From: Bacteroidota bacterium
GTDB lineage: Bacteria; Bacteroidota; Bacteroidia; UKL13-3
Length of the DNA stretch: 64,000 nt
Assembly: GCA_947477885.1 (NCBI GenBank)
Contig: CANJUD010000003.1
Coordinates: 215,774-279,773, forward strand
Reading direction: 5' to 3'
Shown here: one piece after another, positions 30,164-40,370 of the stretch
How the letters are laid out: each line of letters begins with the position of its first letter
Numbering within the stretch: position 1 is the first letter of the stretch
Notes under the pieces: generated by a model
What the model was told of the DNA's origin: nothing
Database searches by the model: none
Seen by the model: the letters and a program-made list of their open reading frames with translations, nothing else
Translations under genes and position numbers: made by a program

Positions 30164-30805
30164 ATGGATAAGAAAAAAGTATATATCATACGTCACGGAG
30201 AAACGGATTTTAATAAAAAGAATATCGTGCAAGGCAGCGGTGTAGATAGCGATTTGAATGATACTGGACGTGCACAAGCACATTCGTTTTTCAAAAGTTA
30301 TAGAGAGGTTCCGTTTGATAAAATATATATATCTCAATTAAAACGTACCCGCCAAACGGTGCAACATTTTATTGATGGAGGTATTCCTTTTGAAGAATTG
30401 CCAGGGCTTAATGAAATAAGCTGGGGCATTCACGAAGGATTAGAACATAATAAAGAGTTCGATAACGAATATTGGAAACGTGTAAAAGAATGGCGTGAAG
30501 GACATTTGCATATCAGAATCACTGGTGGCGAAAGTCCGCTAGAACTTGCAGCTCGCCAAGAACCCGCAATAGAATATATATTTTCGCAAACCCAAGAAAA
30601 AACGATTTTAATATGTATGCATGGCCGTGCATTAAAATCTTTTCTTTGCCTTATTCAAAACATGGGTCTCCAGCACATGGACGACCACGATCACAGCAAT
30701 ACAGGGTTGTATCTTTTTGAATACGATAGCGAAAAATTCAACCTCCTCAAAACCAACGACCGTAGCCATTTAGATGGGTTAGGGGTATTGGAAGACCTTA
30801 CTTAG
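30164..30805 (+). CDS. histidine phosphatase family protein (phosphoglycerate mutase-like)
   Basis: RHGETDFN motif at N-terminus; 213 aa. Confidence 0.75.
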   Translation: MDKKKVYIIRHGETDFNKKNIVQGSGVDSDLNDTGRAQAHSFFKSYREVPFDKIYISQLKRTRQTVQHFIDGGIPFEELPGLNEISWGIHEGLEHNKEFDNEYWKRVKEWREGHLHIRITGGESPLELAARQEPAIEYIFSQTQEKTILICMHGRALKSFLCLIQNMGLQHMDDHDHSNTGLYLFEYDSEKFNLLKTNDRSHLDGLGVLEDLT

Positions 30806-31072
30806 GATTCTGGACTCAGAACTCAGTCCCGAATAAGATTCGGAAGGGGCCATGCGGCAGATAGAAGTCAGTCATGGTTCGACTCCGCTCACCACGGCAT
30901 CCGTAATCAGGCGTCAGCCAAATCGTAAATCGTAAATCGTAAATCTTGCGTCAGCCCCCAAATCCCGAGGGATGACACTGTTATATAAGAGGAAAAGCAA
31001 AAAACAAAAACCCCAACGGGGTGATATTATATAAACTGGCGTCAGCCCCGAATCCCGAATCCCGAATCCCAT
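30805..31072. repeat. Composite intergenic repeat region: GGATTCT/GGACTCA units, cccgaataagattcgg hairpin, gccatgcggcag and ggttcgactccgctcacca cores, (AAATCGT)x4, (CCCGAAT)x3
   Basis: All read directly; shares separate modules with elements at 3103, 7950, 15455, 28044, 29075. Confidence 0.6.
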
Positions 31073-31107
31073 TTCCTCCCTTATATTTGCTTCAAATAAA
31101 TACCACC

Positions 31108-32097
31108 ATGAAAAAAGTTCTATATATTTTGTCTGCTGCTTTATTGATAAGTGCTTGCAATAAAAAATCAGACACAAACGTAGTTACGGATCCAAATCAA
31201 CTTATGGATTGGAGTAATATTACCCGAGCCGATTTGGAAAAAATACAAATTTTCCCAACCGACCATCCTTTAAATACCGATATTTCTGCAAGTGTATTGG
31301 ACCCCAATTCTGCTGCTATTATTGCAGCTATTGGCGGCACAGGCTTGCATCCCGATTTTGGAAGTGGCACCTGGCAGGGTGCTCCCATTGGTATACCTTT
31401 TTCTGTGGTTTCAGGAAGCCAAGCTAAAGTACCTATTACTTTTAGAGCAAATAGTTATGATGGAAATTACGGTAACGAAAGTGAACCAGGTCCTTATCCT
31501 GTTCCTTTAACTGCATCAATTGAAGGTAATGGAAATGGCGATAGCCATGTATTGACCGTGGATTTGCAAAACAAAGTATTATATGAAATGTATAACGCAA
31601 CACAAGTAGGAAGTGGTTGGGAAGCATCATGCGGTGCGGTGTTCGACCTCAAAACAAATACCTACCGCACAGAGGGATGGACCTCGGCCGATGCAGCAGG
31701 ACTGCCAATTTTACCTTGCTTAATAAGATATGATGAAGTGGCTTCTGGTAAAATAGATCATGCTGTCCGTTTCACTTTGAGTAAAGCAAAAGTATATAAA
31801 GGCTACGTAGACCCTGCCCACCACAAAGTTAATGGAACTGGAGCACTAGGTGCTTCGTTACCCATGGGTGCTCGACTCAGATTAAAATCAACTTTCGATA
31901 TCAGCACCTATTCAGCAGATATGCAAGTGATATTAAAAGGGATGAAAGCCTACGGTATTATATTGGCCGATATCGGTTCAGATATGTTCATTAGTGGAGC
32001 ACCCGATTCACGATGGAATGACACCGATTTACAAAACCTCAAAAAAATAAAAGCCACCGATTTTGAAGTAGTGAAATTGGGAACGATTAAGCAGTAG
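31108..32097 (+). CDS. hypothetical lipoprotein
   Basis: Signal peptide with lipobox MKKVLYILSAALLISACNKK; ~329 aa; track ORF start 31021 lies inside the repeat region and is rejected. Confidence 0.6.
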   Translation: MKKVLYILSAALLISACNKKSDTNVVTDPNQLMDWSNITRADLEKIQIFPTDHPLNTDISASVLDPNSAAIIAAIGGTGLHPDFGSGTWQGAPIGIPFSVVSGSQAKVPITFRANSYDGNYGNESEPGPYPVPLTASIEGNGNGDSHVLTVDLQNKVLYEMYNATQVGSGWEASCGAVFDLKTNTYRTEGWTSADAAGLPILPCLIRYDEVASGKIDHAVRFTLSKAKVYKGYVDPAHHKVNGTGALGASLPMGARLRLKSTFDISTYSADMQVILKGMKAYGIILADIGSDMFISGAPDSRWNDTDLQNLKKIKATDFEVVKLGTIKQ

Positions 32098-32177
32098 CAC
32101 TAGTAACTTTCCGAAATTTTTAAACTTTTGGAAAGTTATAGAATAGTGTAATCAGTTGATAGAGTTTTAATAATACA

Positions 32178-32690
32178 TGAATAAGGGAAAATTTAATTTC
32201 CTTTTAGGGTAAAGAAAAAATACCTCTATATAACAATAGTATTTAATTTTATTCTTTTATCAGCATCGGCTCAGCAAAATTTTAGTGTAAGGACAGGATT
32301 CGATTAGGCTGGATCTACCATGAACTATCATTTTATACGCGAAGGAAATGTATTGCAAAAATATGGTGGCAATACAGCACAACTTGTGTTCCCGATAAAA
32401 CTGCAATATAGCATTAATCAAAAATGGGGATTGAACTTGCTTATCAAATAACTCATTATACAATTGGTGCCGAAAATTATAAATATAAGAAACAAAATGG
32501 ATTTGTAGGTGGTGGCGATGATGATGTAGTTTCCTTAAACCTGAATGGAGGATTGGTCCTAAATGACTATAAATTAACATCCTATAAAAATATAATAGAA
32601 GTGACCTTAAATCCCGGTGAAAAAAATTTGGTATTATGCGAAGGGTTGAAGAAACCCTGCTCGGTTGCTATCAGTTTTGATGACTGACAC
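32178..32690 (+). pseudogene. possible decayed outer-membrane beta-barrel (porin-family-like) gene
   Basis: MNKGKFNFLLG then stop; further fragments in two frames (…SASAQQNFSVRTGFD*…LVFPIKLQYSINQKWGL…, …GGGDDDVVSLNLNGGLVLNDYKL…) resemble OMP_b-brl signal peptide and strands; multiple stops and a frameshift. Confidence 0.3.
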
Positions 32691-32794
32691 AAAATAGAAA
32701 AACTAGCTATCGATTCTGATTAAAAAAAATCGAGCGGTGTGCAGATAAATTATGTGCATTAGTTGTATTTAGTGTTCTATAAATATTCATAAAA

Positions 32795-32828
32795 AAAGCC
32801 ACCCCAAAACGGAGTGGCATTTTTTTAA
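32795..32828. terminator. bidirectional rho-independent terminator (A-run, gccacccc/ggagtggc stem, T-run)
   Basis: aaaaaaagccaccccaaaacggagtggcattttttt directly downstream of the giant minus-strand gene stop (32849). Confidence 0.6.
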
Positions 32829-32848
32829 GTATTAGATACTAAATTTTA

Positions 32849-35800
32849 TTACTCAGTCTTACTCAATTTGATTACTGAATTGCTGTTTTGTCCTGTAATA
32901 CGAATCATATATAAACCAGCTGCATATTTACCACCATCAATAGTGAGTTGTTGTTTGCCACTTTCTTGTTTACCATTATATAATGTTTCAACCAAGTTGC
33001 CTTGTATATCATATATGTTCACATTTATATAATCGCCTTTGGTTAATGTATATTGCAAGGTACTTTGTGTATTAAAAGGATTGGGCATTACACTAGCTGC
33101 AAAAGTGTTTTGCTCAGCTGCTGTTATACCTGTAATGTTTAATGATTGTATAATTGTTTTGCTACACCCTGCTCCTGTTGTTACTGTTAAACTTACTTTG
33201 TAAGTGCCAAAAGTAGAATATGTGTATATTGGGCTTTCTTGGGTGTTTTGTCCACCATCGCCAAAATCCCATTTATAAGATCCTTGTCCAGTTACAGTTG
33301 GTGTAAATTTAATAGAGTTCACCACTTGGCTTACCCATGCGGAGGTAAATGAAGCATCGGGCATCGGGTTTATGGTGGCCATCACGGTATCAGTTGCGGT
33401 ACATCCATTAGCATTAGAAACAGTAATTGTAAAAGTACCGGTTTTTACGGGTGTGAAATAATTCCCAACACTCATCACTACGCCCGTGCTCACATCTTTC
33501 CAAGCATAACTAGCATATCCTTGCGCTACAAAGAACGAATCAACACTTCCTACGCAATAAGTTCTATCTGGTCCTGCATTTACAGATACTGATGAAGCAG
33601 TAAGCGTTACCGAAGCACTATCAACGCAACCTTGTGGTGAAGTAACAATTACTTGATAAGTTCCTGCGGCAGTAGCATTATATATTTGTGTGGTAGCTCC
33701 TGTACTCCAGCTATAAGAACTTTGTCCGCTGCCAGCATCCAATGCTAATGGACCTCCATTGCAAATATATCTGTTAGCACCTAAACTCACTGTAGGTAGC
33801 GGGTTAATAGTTACGGCAATAGTATCTGTAGCTTTACATCCATCAGCACTTACAACATCAACTATAAATGCACCGGTACCGACATTTGTCAAACTAATAG
33901 TTTGTGTGGTTGCTCCTGTATTCCATTTGAATGATTTGTTATTTCCAGCATCTAATGTTACCATATTTCCAAAACAAGTTGTTATGTCATTTCCAAAATT
34001 AGTAGTTGCTTTTACTATAGTTATGTTAATGCTATCTACACCAGTACATCCTCCATTGTCAACAACAGCAACATAGTAAGTACCAGTTTGGTTTACCGTA
34101 ATTTTTTGACTAGTATCACCTGTGTTCCATAAATAACTTGTCAAACCTGAGCCCGCATCGAGTGTGGTATTGAATCCAACACAAACATTTTGATCGGCAC
34201 CAAGCGTGAAATTAGCAGGTTGCTTTCTGATAAGTTCAGCAGTATCGGTAGCAGCACATCCATCACTATTTGTAACGGTGGCATAATATAAACCAGGAGT
34301 TGTAACTGTTATTTTACGGGTGGTATCACCTGTATTCCATAAATAACTAACATATCCAGCACCTGCATCAAAAGTAGCTGGCCCTCCATTACATATAGCT
34401 GTGTCATTACCTACAGAAACACTAATGGTTGATGAACCGATATTAATAGTGTCAGTGTTTACGCAACCTGATCCACTTTTATAAGTAACATAATAAGAGC
34501 CTGGAGTAATTATGCCAATAGAACTGGTAGTGTCTCCTGTGTTCCACTCATAGCTAAAATATCCTCCACCAGGGCTAAGAGTTAAAATTGAATTAGAACA
34601 AAGCAATTTGTCTTTACCTAGGGCACCAGTATTGTCATTGTCTGCAATTAATATAGTATAGTCTTCAGCTTCGCCACTACCAAATTGTGTACATGGATCA
34701 CCACTGGCAATTGTTCCAGCATTTGAACGAGAACGAATTCTTATTCTGGTGTATCCCAATTTTGCATTACAAGGTATGGTAATATTTACTGAGTCATTGG
34801 CATTTGCATTGATAGCATTACCGCTACTATAAAATTCGTTTGCATCAAACGTGCTGTTTTGATTAAAGTCTATCCATGCTCCAAAAACTTCTGCAGCACC
34901 AGAGGCGGTCATCTTCAGTTCATATTTACTTCCTTTTAATACAGTAGTCACAAAAGAAGAGATGGGATAATTAGTAAAGCGATTTGATGTGCCACTAGTG
35001 CAACCGCTATTCACGTTCTTGATGGTATTAAAATATACACTTTGTATAAATTGTTGACCACATCCACCTTGGAAAGAAGGAAGACAATAAGTAAGTAATA
35101 CCGAACGAGAGCCACTTGGAGTGGTAACCGATGGTGTATCCATTATACTGTTTATTTTCATGCTCACACATTCGGCATCAATTAAATCATTTCCAGTAGC
35201 TGCGGCATTGATATCATATACTAACCAGAACCAGTTGGTATCAGGTGATAGTGCCACAGAGCCTGTGAATGTGAAAGTAGAAGTTAACGCAGTGATTGTA
35301 TTGCCAACTTTAGTCATGTTTGCAATATTGAAAGTTTTACTACTGCCAGATGAATATAAACGTGCATTAACAATATCGCCTGTAATACTTGTGCTGCCAG
35401 TTGCATTAAAGGTCATATCAGTAAGGTTAACTGAAGCTCCTTGGTTCATTACCACAGCAACCGTCAATACTTGGTTTCCAGTAGATGCAGCTACCACCGG
35501 AGTAGTGTCTTTATGCATCGCAACAGCATCTTTAAAAGTCATTAAAGCAGCAATTTTTCTGTTCCCTGAAGGTGCAGTTACTTCAGGCATATAAGTTTTA
35601 TTTGAAACCTTAAATGAATCGCAAACCACATCTACATAATCGCCATTGGTGGCTCCTGATTGTATATCATAACTCACCCAAAAATAGTTTATACCTACTG
35701 CCATATTGGTAGTGCCCGTAAAATGCATGGCTCCACTAGGTGATGTTAGGGTGCTGCCAAATTGAGTAGTTGTTTTAAAAGTATCAACGGCACCTGTATA

Positions 35801-37870
35801 CCACATTTTTGCATTGGTAATATCCGCTGATGCGTTGGTACTTCCACTGGTTTGCATATAAAAGTCAGTCGCTTGTGGTGTGCTGGCACAATTAGATGCC
35901 ATCATTTTTATTTTCACAATTACATTGCTTGTCGAACCACCAGCAACATCAGCTGTGCTAGCTGTAACAGTAGTTTTTTGGAATACTTGTGAATCGGTCA
36001 CATATATAACATAGTCTTCGCACTCACCTGATCCAAATTGGGTACAAGCATCGCCCGATCCATTTTGTGACCCAAAACCTGTTGCACGAGAACGTACGCG
36101 AATCTTTGTCCAACCTTTGGTAGCAGAACAAGGTATAGTAATAGTTTTTGTGGTACTTGCACCTGCGTTTAATTGGTTATTTGTATGCACTTGAGTCCAC
36201 TCGCCTGCATCAAACGTTCCATTTTGGTTCCAGTCGCCCCAAAAAGAATATAGCTGGTTAGCGTTGCTATTGGTAACAGAAAGATCATATGCATTTCCTT
36301 TATTTACATAAGTAAAATAAGAAGATTGCGGATAATCATTATATGCATTCGCAGTTAAACTTGAGCAGCCACTTTTGGTATTTGAAATACTACCAAAAGT
36401 TACGGCATCAATAAAACTAGTACCACATGCACCATGAACAGGTACGCAGTAGTTATTTAATATATATCTTTCTCCAGCAGGGTTTCCAACTGTAGGATAT
36501 TGGGTTGTACCATTAATACTCACACTATCCAAAATAGCATCAACCGAATCGCCTAAAGTTGCACCTGCGGCGATATCATAAGTAATCCAAAAATAATTGG
36601 TTCCTGGTTGCAGGTATACCAAACCATTCATCAGCACCGAGCCATTAGGGCTATTAATAGTAGTACCAAATTTACCCAATGTTGAATCGAAATAAGAAGT
36701 ATTGCCAGTATAATATATACGTGCTCTGGCTATATCAGTAGATGCATTGGTGCAACCGCCAGTGTGAAATGCTAAGCCAGTAAGAGGAACTTGAGCACCG
36801 CTAGAACTCATATCAACTTCAATCCCAATTATTTCATTATTATAACTGCCTTTACCTACCTGGCCAGTTGTATATTGTGTCGCGTTTAAGCTATTAAATG
36901 TCATAGGTGCAGCAATAACACGTTTGCCTTTGGGAGCTGTTATTGATGGAGTATCTAGTGCAGTATTAGCTTCAATAGTTAACACCTCAGCGTCTAAACT
37001 ATTTCCAATCGTTGCTGATGAAGAAACATCTACCGCAAGCCAAAAATAATTGGTATCCCTCGACAAATTTTGATTGCCAGTTATGGAAAAAGTAGAACCA
37101 GGAGATGATAGTGAACCAAATGAAACTGTAGTGTCAAATTGATTGGTATTGCCTGTATAGAATACCCTTGCGTTGGTTATATCTGTGGTATCTGAGGTGC
37201 CATTTAAGTTAAAATTAATTTGCGATAAGTTCAATGTATCTGAACATCCAGCAACAAAAACTTTAAGACAAAGGAGTTCTTGGTAGCTCATTCCTTTACC
37301 AACATTATAAGTATTATATTGTGTAGCGAGTGAGGAACCGACATGCAAAGGATTGTCAAGCAAAGTAATATTATAGTCTTGTGTTTCACCAAAACCATAA
37401 GTAGCACAAGATGCCATATTGGTATTGTTGTTATTAAACATATTTCGAACACGCATTCGAGTTTTCCCTAATTTAGCTCCGCACGGCACACTGAAGTTAA
37501 AAGAACTTCTAGTAGCATTGGTGGGCATATTGTTCATTTGAATCAATTTTTCCCCAGCATCTACAAAGTCTCCATCTGAATTAAAATCAATCCAAACTGC
37601 CATGCTATTTGAATTGTTATTAGTACCTGGACTAATAAACATTTGATAAGAGTTTCCAATAAATATGGAAGTGGTTTTTGTTGTGTCGTAAGTGTAATAG
37701 GGATTGCCAGAAGCACCTGTGCTATCAAACAAGGAATCTAGCAACACAGTAGTAGTGTAAACACCAAATCCAGTTCCATTGGTATACTGGGGTTGGCAAT
37801 AAGTTTGGGCTTTAGCCCCGTAATTGAAAAGAAAAACTAGCAGTGTAGAAACACCCAAGAATACTTTCAT
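32849..37870 (-). CDS. giant secreted adhesin-like protein (~1674 aa): GEVED-like domains, six tandem SprB-type ~45-aa repeats, PKD domain, T9SS C-terminal sorting domain
   Basis: Signal peptide MKVFLGVSTLLVFLFNYGAKAQT (start at 37868-37870; upstream extension in track rejected). Three FGSGE(C/A)EDY motifs. Repeats …SYxWNTGDTTxxI…GxYxVxVxxxxGCxxTDTI… occur six times. PKD-like KFTPTVTGQGSYKWDFGDGG…YTYSTFGTYKVSLTVT. C-terminal Por_Secre_tail (…YINVNIYDIQGNLVETL…GLYMIRITG…). Confidence 0.8.
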   Translation of the reverse strand: MKVFLGVSTLLVFLFNYGAKAQTYCQPQYTNGTGFGVYTTTVLLDSLFDSTGASGNPYYTYDTTKTTSIFIGNSYQMFISPGTNNNSNSMAVWIDFNSDGDFVDAGEKLIQMNNMPTNATRSSFNFSVPCGAKLGKTRMRVRNMFNNNNTNMASCATYGFGETQDYNITLLDNPLHVGSSLATQYNTYNVGKGMSYQELLCLKVFVAGCSDTLNLSQINFNLNGTSDTTDITNARVFYTGNTNQFDTTVSFGSLSSPGSTFSITGNQNLSRDTNYFWLAVDVSSSATIGNSLDAEVLTIEANTALDTPSITAPKGKRVIAAPMTFNSLNATQYTTGQVGKGSYNNEIIGIEVDMSSSGAQVPLTGLAFHTGGCTNASTDIARARIYYTGNTSYFDSTLGKFGTTINSPNGSVLMNGLVYLQPGTNYFWITYDIAAGATLGDSVDAILDSVSINGTTQYPTVGNPAGERYILNNYCVPVHGACGTSFIDAVTFGSISNTKSGCSSLTANAYNDYPQSSYFTYVNKGNAYDLSVTNSNANQLYSFWGDWNQNGTFDAGEWTQVHTNNQLNAGASTTKTITIPCSATKGWTKIRVRSRATGFGSQNGSGDACTQFGSGECEDYVIYVTDSQVFQKTTVTASTADVAGGSTSNVIVKIKMMASNCASTPQATDFYMQTSGSTNASADITNAKMWYTGAVDTFKTTTQFGSTLTSPSGAMHFTGTTNMAVGINYFWVSYDIQSGATNGDYVDVVCDSFKVSNKTYMPEVTAPSGNRKIAALMTFKDAVAMHKDTTPVVAASTGNQVLTVAVVMNQGASVNLTDMTFNATGSTSITGDIVNARLYSSGSSKTFNIANMTKVGNTITALTSTFTFTGSVALSPDTNWFWLVYDINAAATGNDLIDAECVSMKINSIMDTPSVTTPSGSRSVLLTYCLPSFQGGCGQQFIQSVYFNTIKNVNSGCTSGTSNRFTNYPISSFVTTVLKGSKYELKMTASGAAEVFGAWIDFNQNSTFDANEFYSSGNAINANANDSVNITIPCNAKLGYTRIRIRSRSNAGTIASGDPCTQFGSGEAEDYTILIADNDNTGALGKDKLLCSNSILTLSPGGGYFSYEWNTGDTTSSIGIITPGSYYVTYKSGSGCVNTDTINIGSSTISVSVGNDTAICNGGPATFDAGAGYVSYLWNTGDTTRKITVTTPGLYYATVTNSDGCAATDTAELIRKQPANFTLGADQNVCVGFNTTLDAGSGLTSYLWNTGDTSQKITVNQTGTYYVAVVDNGGCTGVDSINITIVKATTNFGNDITTCFGNMVTLDAGNNKSFKWNTGATTQTISLTNVGTGAFIVDVVSADGCKATDTIAVTINPLPTVSLGANRYICNGGPLALDAGSGQSSYSWSTGATTQIYNATAAGTYQVIVTSPQGCVDSASVTLTASSVSVNAGPDRTYCVGSVDSFFVAQGYASYAWKDVSTGVVMSVGNYFTPVKTGTFTITVSNANGCTATDTVMATINPMPDASFTSAWVSQVVNSIKFTPTVTGQGSYKWDFGDGGQNTQESPIYTYSTFGTYKVSLTVTTGAGCSKTIIQSLNITGITAAEQNTFAASVMPNPFNTQSTLQYTLTKGDYINVNIYDIQGNLVETLYNGKQESGKQQLTIDGGKYAAGLYMIRITGQNSNSVIKLSKTE

Positions 37871-37974
37871 TTTTGATTTTGTAATCATATTAGTAAAAAG
37901 ATTAGTAATTTTAAAGAGATGCGAATAAAAGACATTTTTGTCAAAAAATACCCAAAATAATATCTTTTTTTTTG

Positions 37975-38010
37975 TAATTTTTTTTAGGGCTTTGTTTTTG
38001 TAGGTTTGCA
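37975..38010 (+). promoter_or_regulatory. putative sigma-A promoter for pruA (-7 box TAGGTTTG, upstream TTTG)
   Basis: ggctttgtttttgtaggtttgcacaaaattaaaataacagcaaaATG; TAnnTTTG at ~37996-38003. Confidence 0.35.
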
Positions 38011-38031
38011 CAAAATTAAAATAACAGCAAA

Positions 38032-39660
38032 ATGAACGGTTTTTTCAAAATCCCAACACCTATTAATGAGCCCATTTTTCCTTATGCACCAGGCACTACA
38101 GAACGCAAATTATTAAAAGAAGCATTGGCTGATGCACGGTCGAAAACTTTAGATATACCCATGTATATAGGAGGTAAAGAAGTGAGAACAGGAAATACAA
38201 AAGATATAAATCCTCCGCATGACAAAAATCACAAACTGGGTCATTTCCATCGAGGTGATGCTTCACATGTGCAACAAGCAATCGATGCAGCCCTTGCTGC
38301 TAAAGCCGATTGGGAGAATATGCCTTGGGAACAGCGAGCTGCCATATTTTTAAAGGCTGCTGAATTATTAGCCGGACCTTATCGCTATAAATTAAATGCG
38401 GCTACTATGTTGGGTCAATCGAAAAATGCTTTTCAAGCCGAGATTGATGCTGCCTGCGAGATGATAGACTTCCTTCGTTTCAATGTAGCTTTCATGAGCG
38501 AGATATATAGCGACCAACCGATTTCATCAAAAGGGATTTGGAACAGAATAGAATACAGGGCACTTGAAGGTTTTGTATTCGCACTCACACCATTTAATTT
38601 TACTGCAATTGCGGGCAATCTTCCTGCCTCGGCAGCTATGATGGGAAATGTAATAGTATGGAAACCGGCCTTTACGCAAATATATGCAGCCAATGTGCTC
38701 ATGGAGATTTTTATAGAGGCGGGTGTGCCCGCAGGTGTTATCAATTTGGTATATGCAAGTGGCCCTGAGACAGGTGATATAATTTTTAAACATCCCGATT
38801 TTGCAGGGATACATTTTACGGGTTCAACAGGTGTGTTCCAAAATGTATGGAAACAAATTGGTGATAATATACAAACATATAAAAGCTATCCCCGAATAGT
38901 AGGCGAAACAGGTGGTAAAGATTATATAATGGTGCATCCATCAGCAAATGTTGATGTGGTGAGAACGGCAATCGTTCGTGGTGCTTTCGAGTTCCAAGGG
39001 CAAAAATGTTCAGCAGCATCGCGTGCATACTTACCCAAAAGTTTATGGACTAAATTAGAAAAAGAATTAATCGCAGAAGTTAATAATATAAAAGTAGGAC
39101 CTGTTGAAGATTTTACCAATTTTGTGAACGCAGTAATTGATGAAAAAGCTTTCGATAAAATTGCAAGCTATATTGATGGTGCCCATGCCGACCCCAATGT
39201 GGAAGTAATCGCAGGCGGCACTTATGATAAATCGCAAGGATATTTTATTAAGCCAACTATTATTCTTACGCAAAGCCCAAATTCGATAACCATGTGCGAA
39301 GAAATATTCGGACCTGTGCTCACTATATATATATATGATGATGAAAAATTTGAAGAAACATTACATATATTAGATAATACATCTCCTTATGCATTAACTG
39401 GTGCTGTGATATCGCAAGACCGTTATGCGATAGAATTGGCAACAAATATATTACGTCACTCAGCAGGCAATTTTTATATAAATGATAAACCTACGGGAGC
39501 GGTAGTAGGTCAGCAACCTTTCGGCGGCGGACGTGCAAGCGGTACAAATGATAAAGCAGGAGCAAAAGTGAATCTATTACGTTGGTGCAGTATGCGTACT
39601 ATAAAAGAAACATTTACCCCTCCCACAAATTATACCTACCCTAATTTCAGCGAAGAATAA
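38032..39660 (+). CDS. pruA: L-glutamate gamma-semialdehyde (1-pyrroline-5-carboxylate) dehydrogenase
   Basis: 542 aa aldehyde dehydrogenase; catalytic region FEFQGQKCSAASR and VGETGGKD; N-terminal extension typical of P5CDH. Confidence 0.8.
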   Translation: MNGFFKIPTPINEPIFPYAPGTTERKLLKEALADARSKTLDIPMYIGGKEVRTGNTKDINPPHDKNHKLGHFHRGDASHVQQAIDAALAAKADWENMPWEQRAAIFLKAAELLAGPYRYKLNAATMLGQSKNAFQAEIDAACEMIDFLRFNVAFMSEIYSDQPISSKGIWNRIEYRALEGFVFALTPFNFTAIAGNLPASAAMMGNVIVWKPAFTQIYAANVLMEIFIEAGVPAGVINLVYASGPETGDIIFKHPDFAGIHFTGSTGVFQNVWKQIGDNIQTYKSYPRIVGETGGKDYIMVHPSANVDVVRTAIVRGAFEFQGQKCSAASRAYLPKSLWTKLEKELIAEVNNIKVGPVEDFTNFVNAVIDEKAFDKIASYIDGAHADPNVEVIAGGTYDKSQGYFIKPTIILTQSPNSITMCEEIFGPVLTIYIYDDEKFEETLHILDNTSPYALTGAVISQDRYAIELATNILRHSAGNFYINDKPTGAVVGQQPFGGGRASGTNDKAGAKVNLLRWCSMRTIKETFTPPTNYTYPNFSEE

Positions 39661-39663
39661 TAT

Positions 39664-39745
39664 AGTAGTCAGTAAACAGTGGTCAGTAATCAGTGGCTGA
39701 CGCCGTATGGCACTGACTACTGTTTACTGACCACTGTTTACTAAA
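39664..39745. repeat. Heptamer-based palindromic repeat element (AGTCAGT/AAACAGT/GGTCAGT arms; gctgacgccgtatggcactgac core)
   Basis: agtcagtaaacagtggtcagtaatcagtggctgacgccgtatggcactgactactgtttactgaccactgtttact. Confidence 0.6.
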
Positions 39746-39758
39746 ATAAAAATATAAA

Positions 39759-40370
39759 ATGAAGATACTTTGCGTTGGTCGAAATTATTCTGAGCATATA
39801 AAAGAGCTGCAAAATGAAGTGCCCGAAAATCCGGTTATATTCATTAAGCCCGACAATGCTGTGCTAAGGCCAGGCTATGATTTTTACTATCCTGATTTTT
39901 CAAAAGATATACATTATGAGTTGGAGTTGATTGTAAAAATAAATAATACGGGTAAACATATATTACCGCAGTTTGCACACAAGTATTATGATGAAATTGC
40001 ATTGGGAATTGATTTCACAGCACGTGACTTACAAAACGATTTGAAGAAGAAAGGCTTACCTTGGGAGCTTGCCAAAGGCTTTGACATGAGTGCTGCTATT
40101 GGCGATTTTGTAAACAAAAGTAAGTTTGAAGATTTGCAAAAAATAGAATTCACCTTATATAAAAATGGCGAGAAAAAACAATTGGGCAATACTGCAGATA
40201 TGATATATAAAATAGATGAACTCATTGCGTTCATGTCACAATATTTCATGTTCAAAAAAGGGGATATTGTATTTACGGGAACGCCAGCAGGGGTGGGGCC
40301 TGTGCAGATTGGCGACAAACTAGAAGGGTATATATTCGACCAGAAAAATTTGGAAGTATTGATTAAATGA
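39759..40370 (+). CDS. fumarylacetoacetate hydrolase (FAH) family protein
   Basis: 203 aa; N-terminal KILCVGRNYSEHIKEL, C-terminal GDIVFTGTPAGVGPV. Confidence 0.75.
   Translation: MKILCVGRNYSEHIKELQNEVPENPVIFIKPDNAVLRPGYDFYYPDFSKDIHYELELIVKINNTGKHILPQFAHKYYDEIALGIDFTARDLQNDLKKKGLPWELAKGFDMSAAIGDFVNKSKFEDLQKIEFTLYKNGEKKQLGNTADMIYKIDELIAFMSQYFMFKKGDIVFTGTPAGVGPVQIGDKLEGYIFDQKNLEVLIK

Noticed and set aside
30860-30900. tRNA or tmRNA 3' fragment (ggttcgactccgctcaccac resembles a T-arm/acceptor)
   Set aside because: No complementary T-stem or acceptor partner, and the same 19-mer recurs at 3155 and 15455 inside repeat elements, so it is a repeat core. Origin from a tRNA cannot be excluded.
30914-31177. 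87-aa minus-strand ORF and the 31021 start of the lipoprotein ORF
   Set aside because: Both are read-throughs of the CCCGAAT/AAATCGT repeat region; the lipoprotein has a proper signal peptide starting at 31108.
33759-35594. Two +strand ORFs (105 and 157 aa) inside the giant adhesin gene
   Set aside because: Antisense to a 1674-aa ORF with clear domain architecture; compositional artefacts of the repetitive T/S/G-rich coding sequence.
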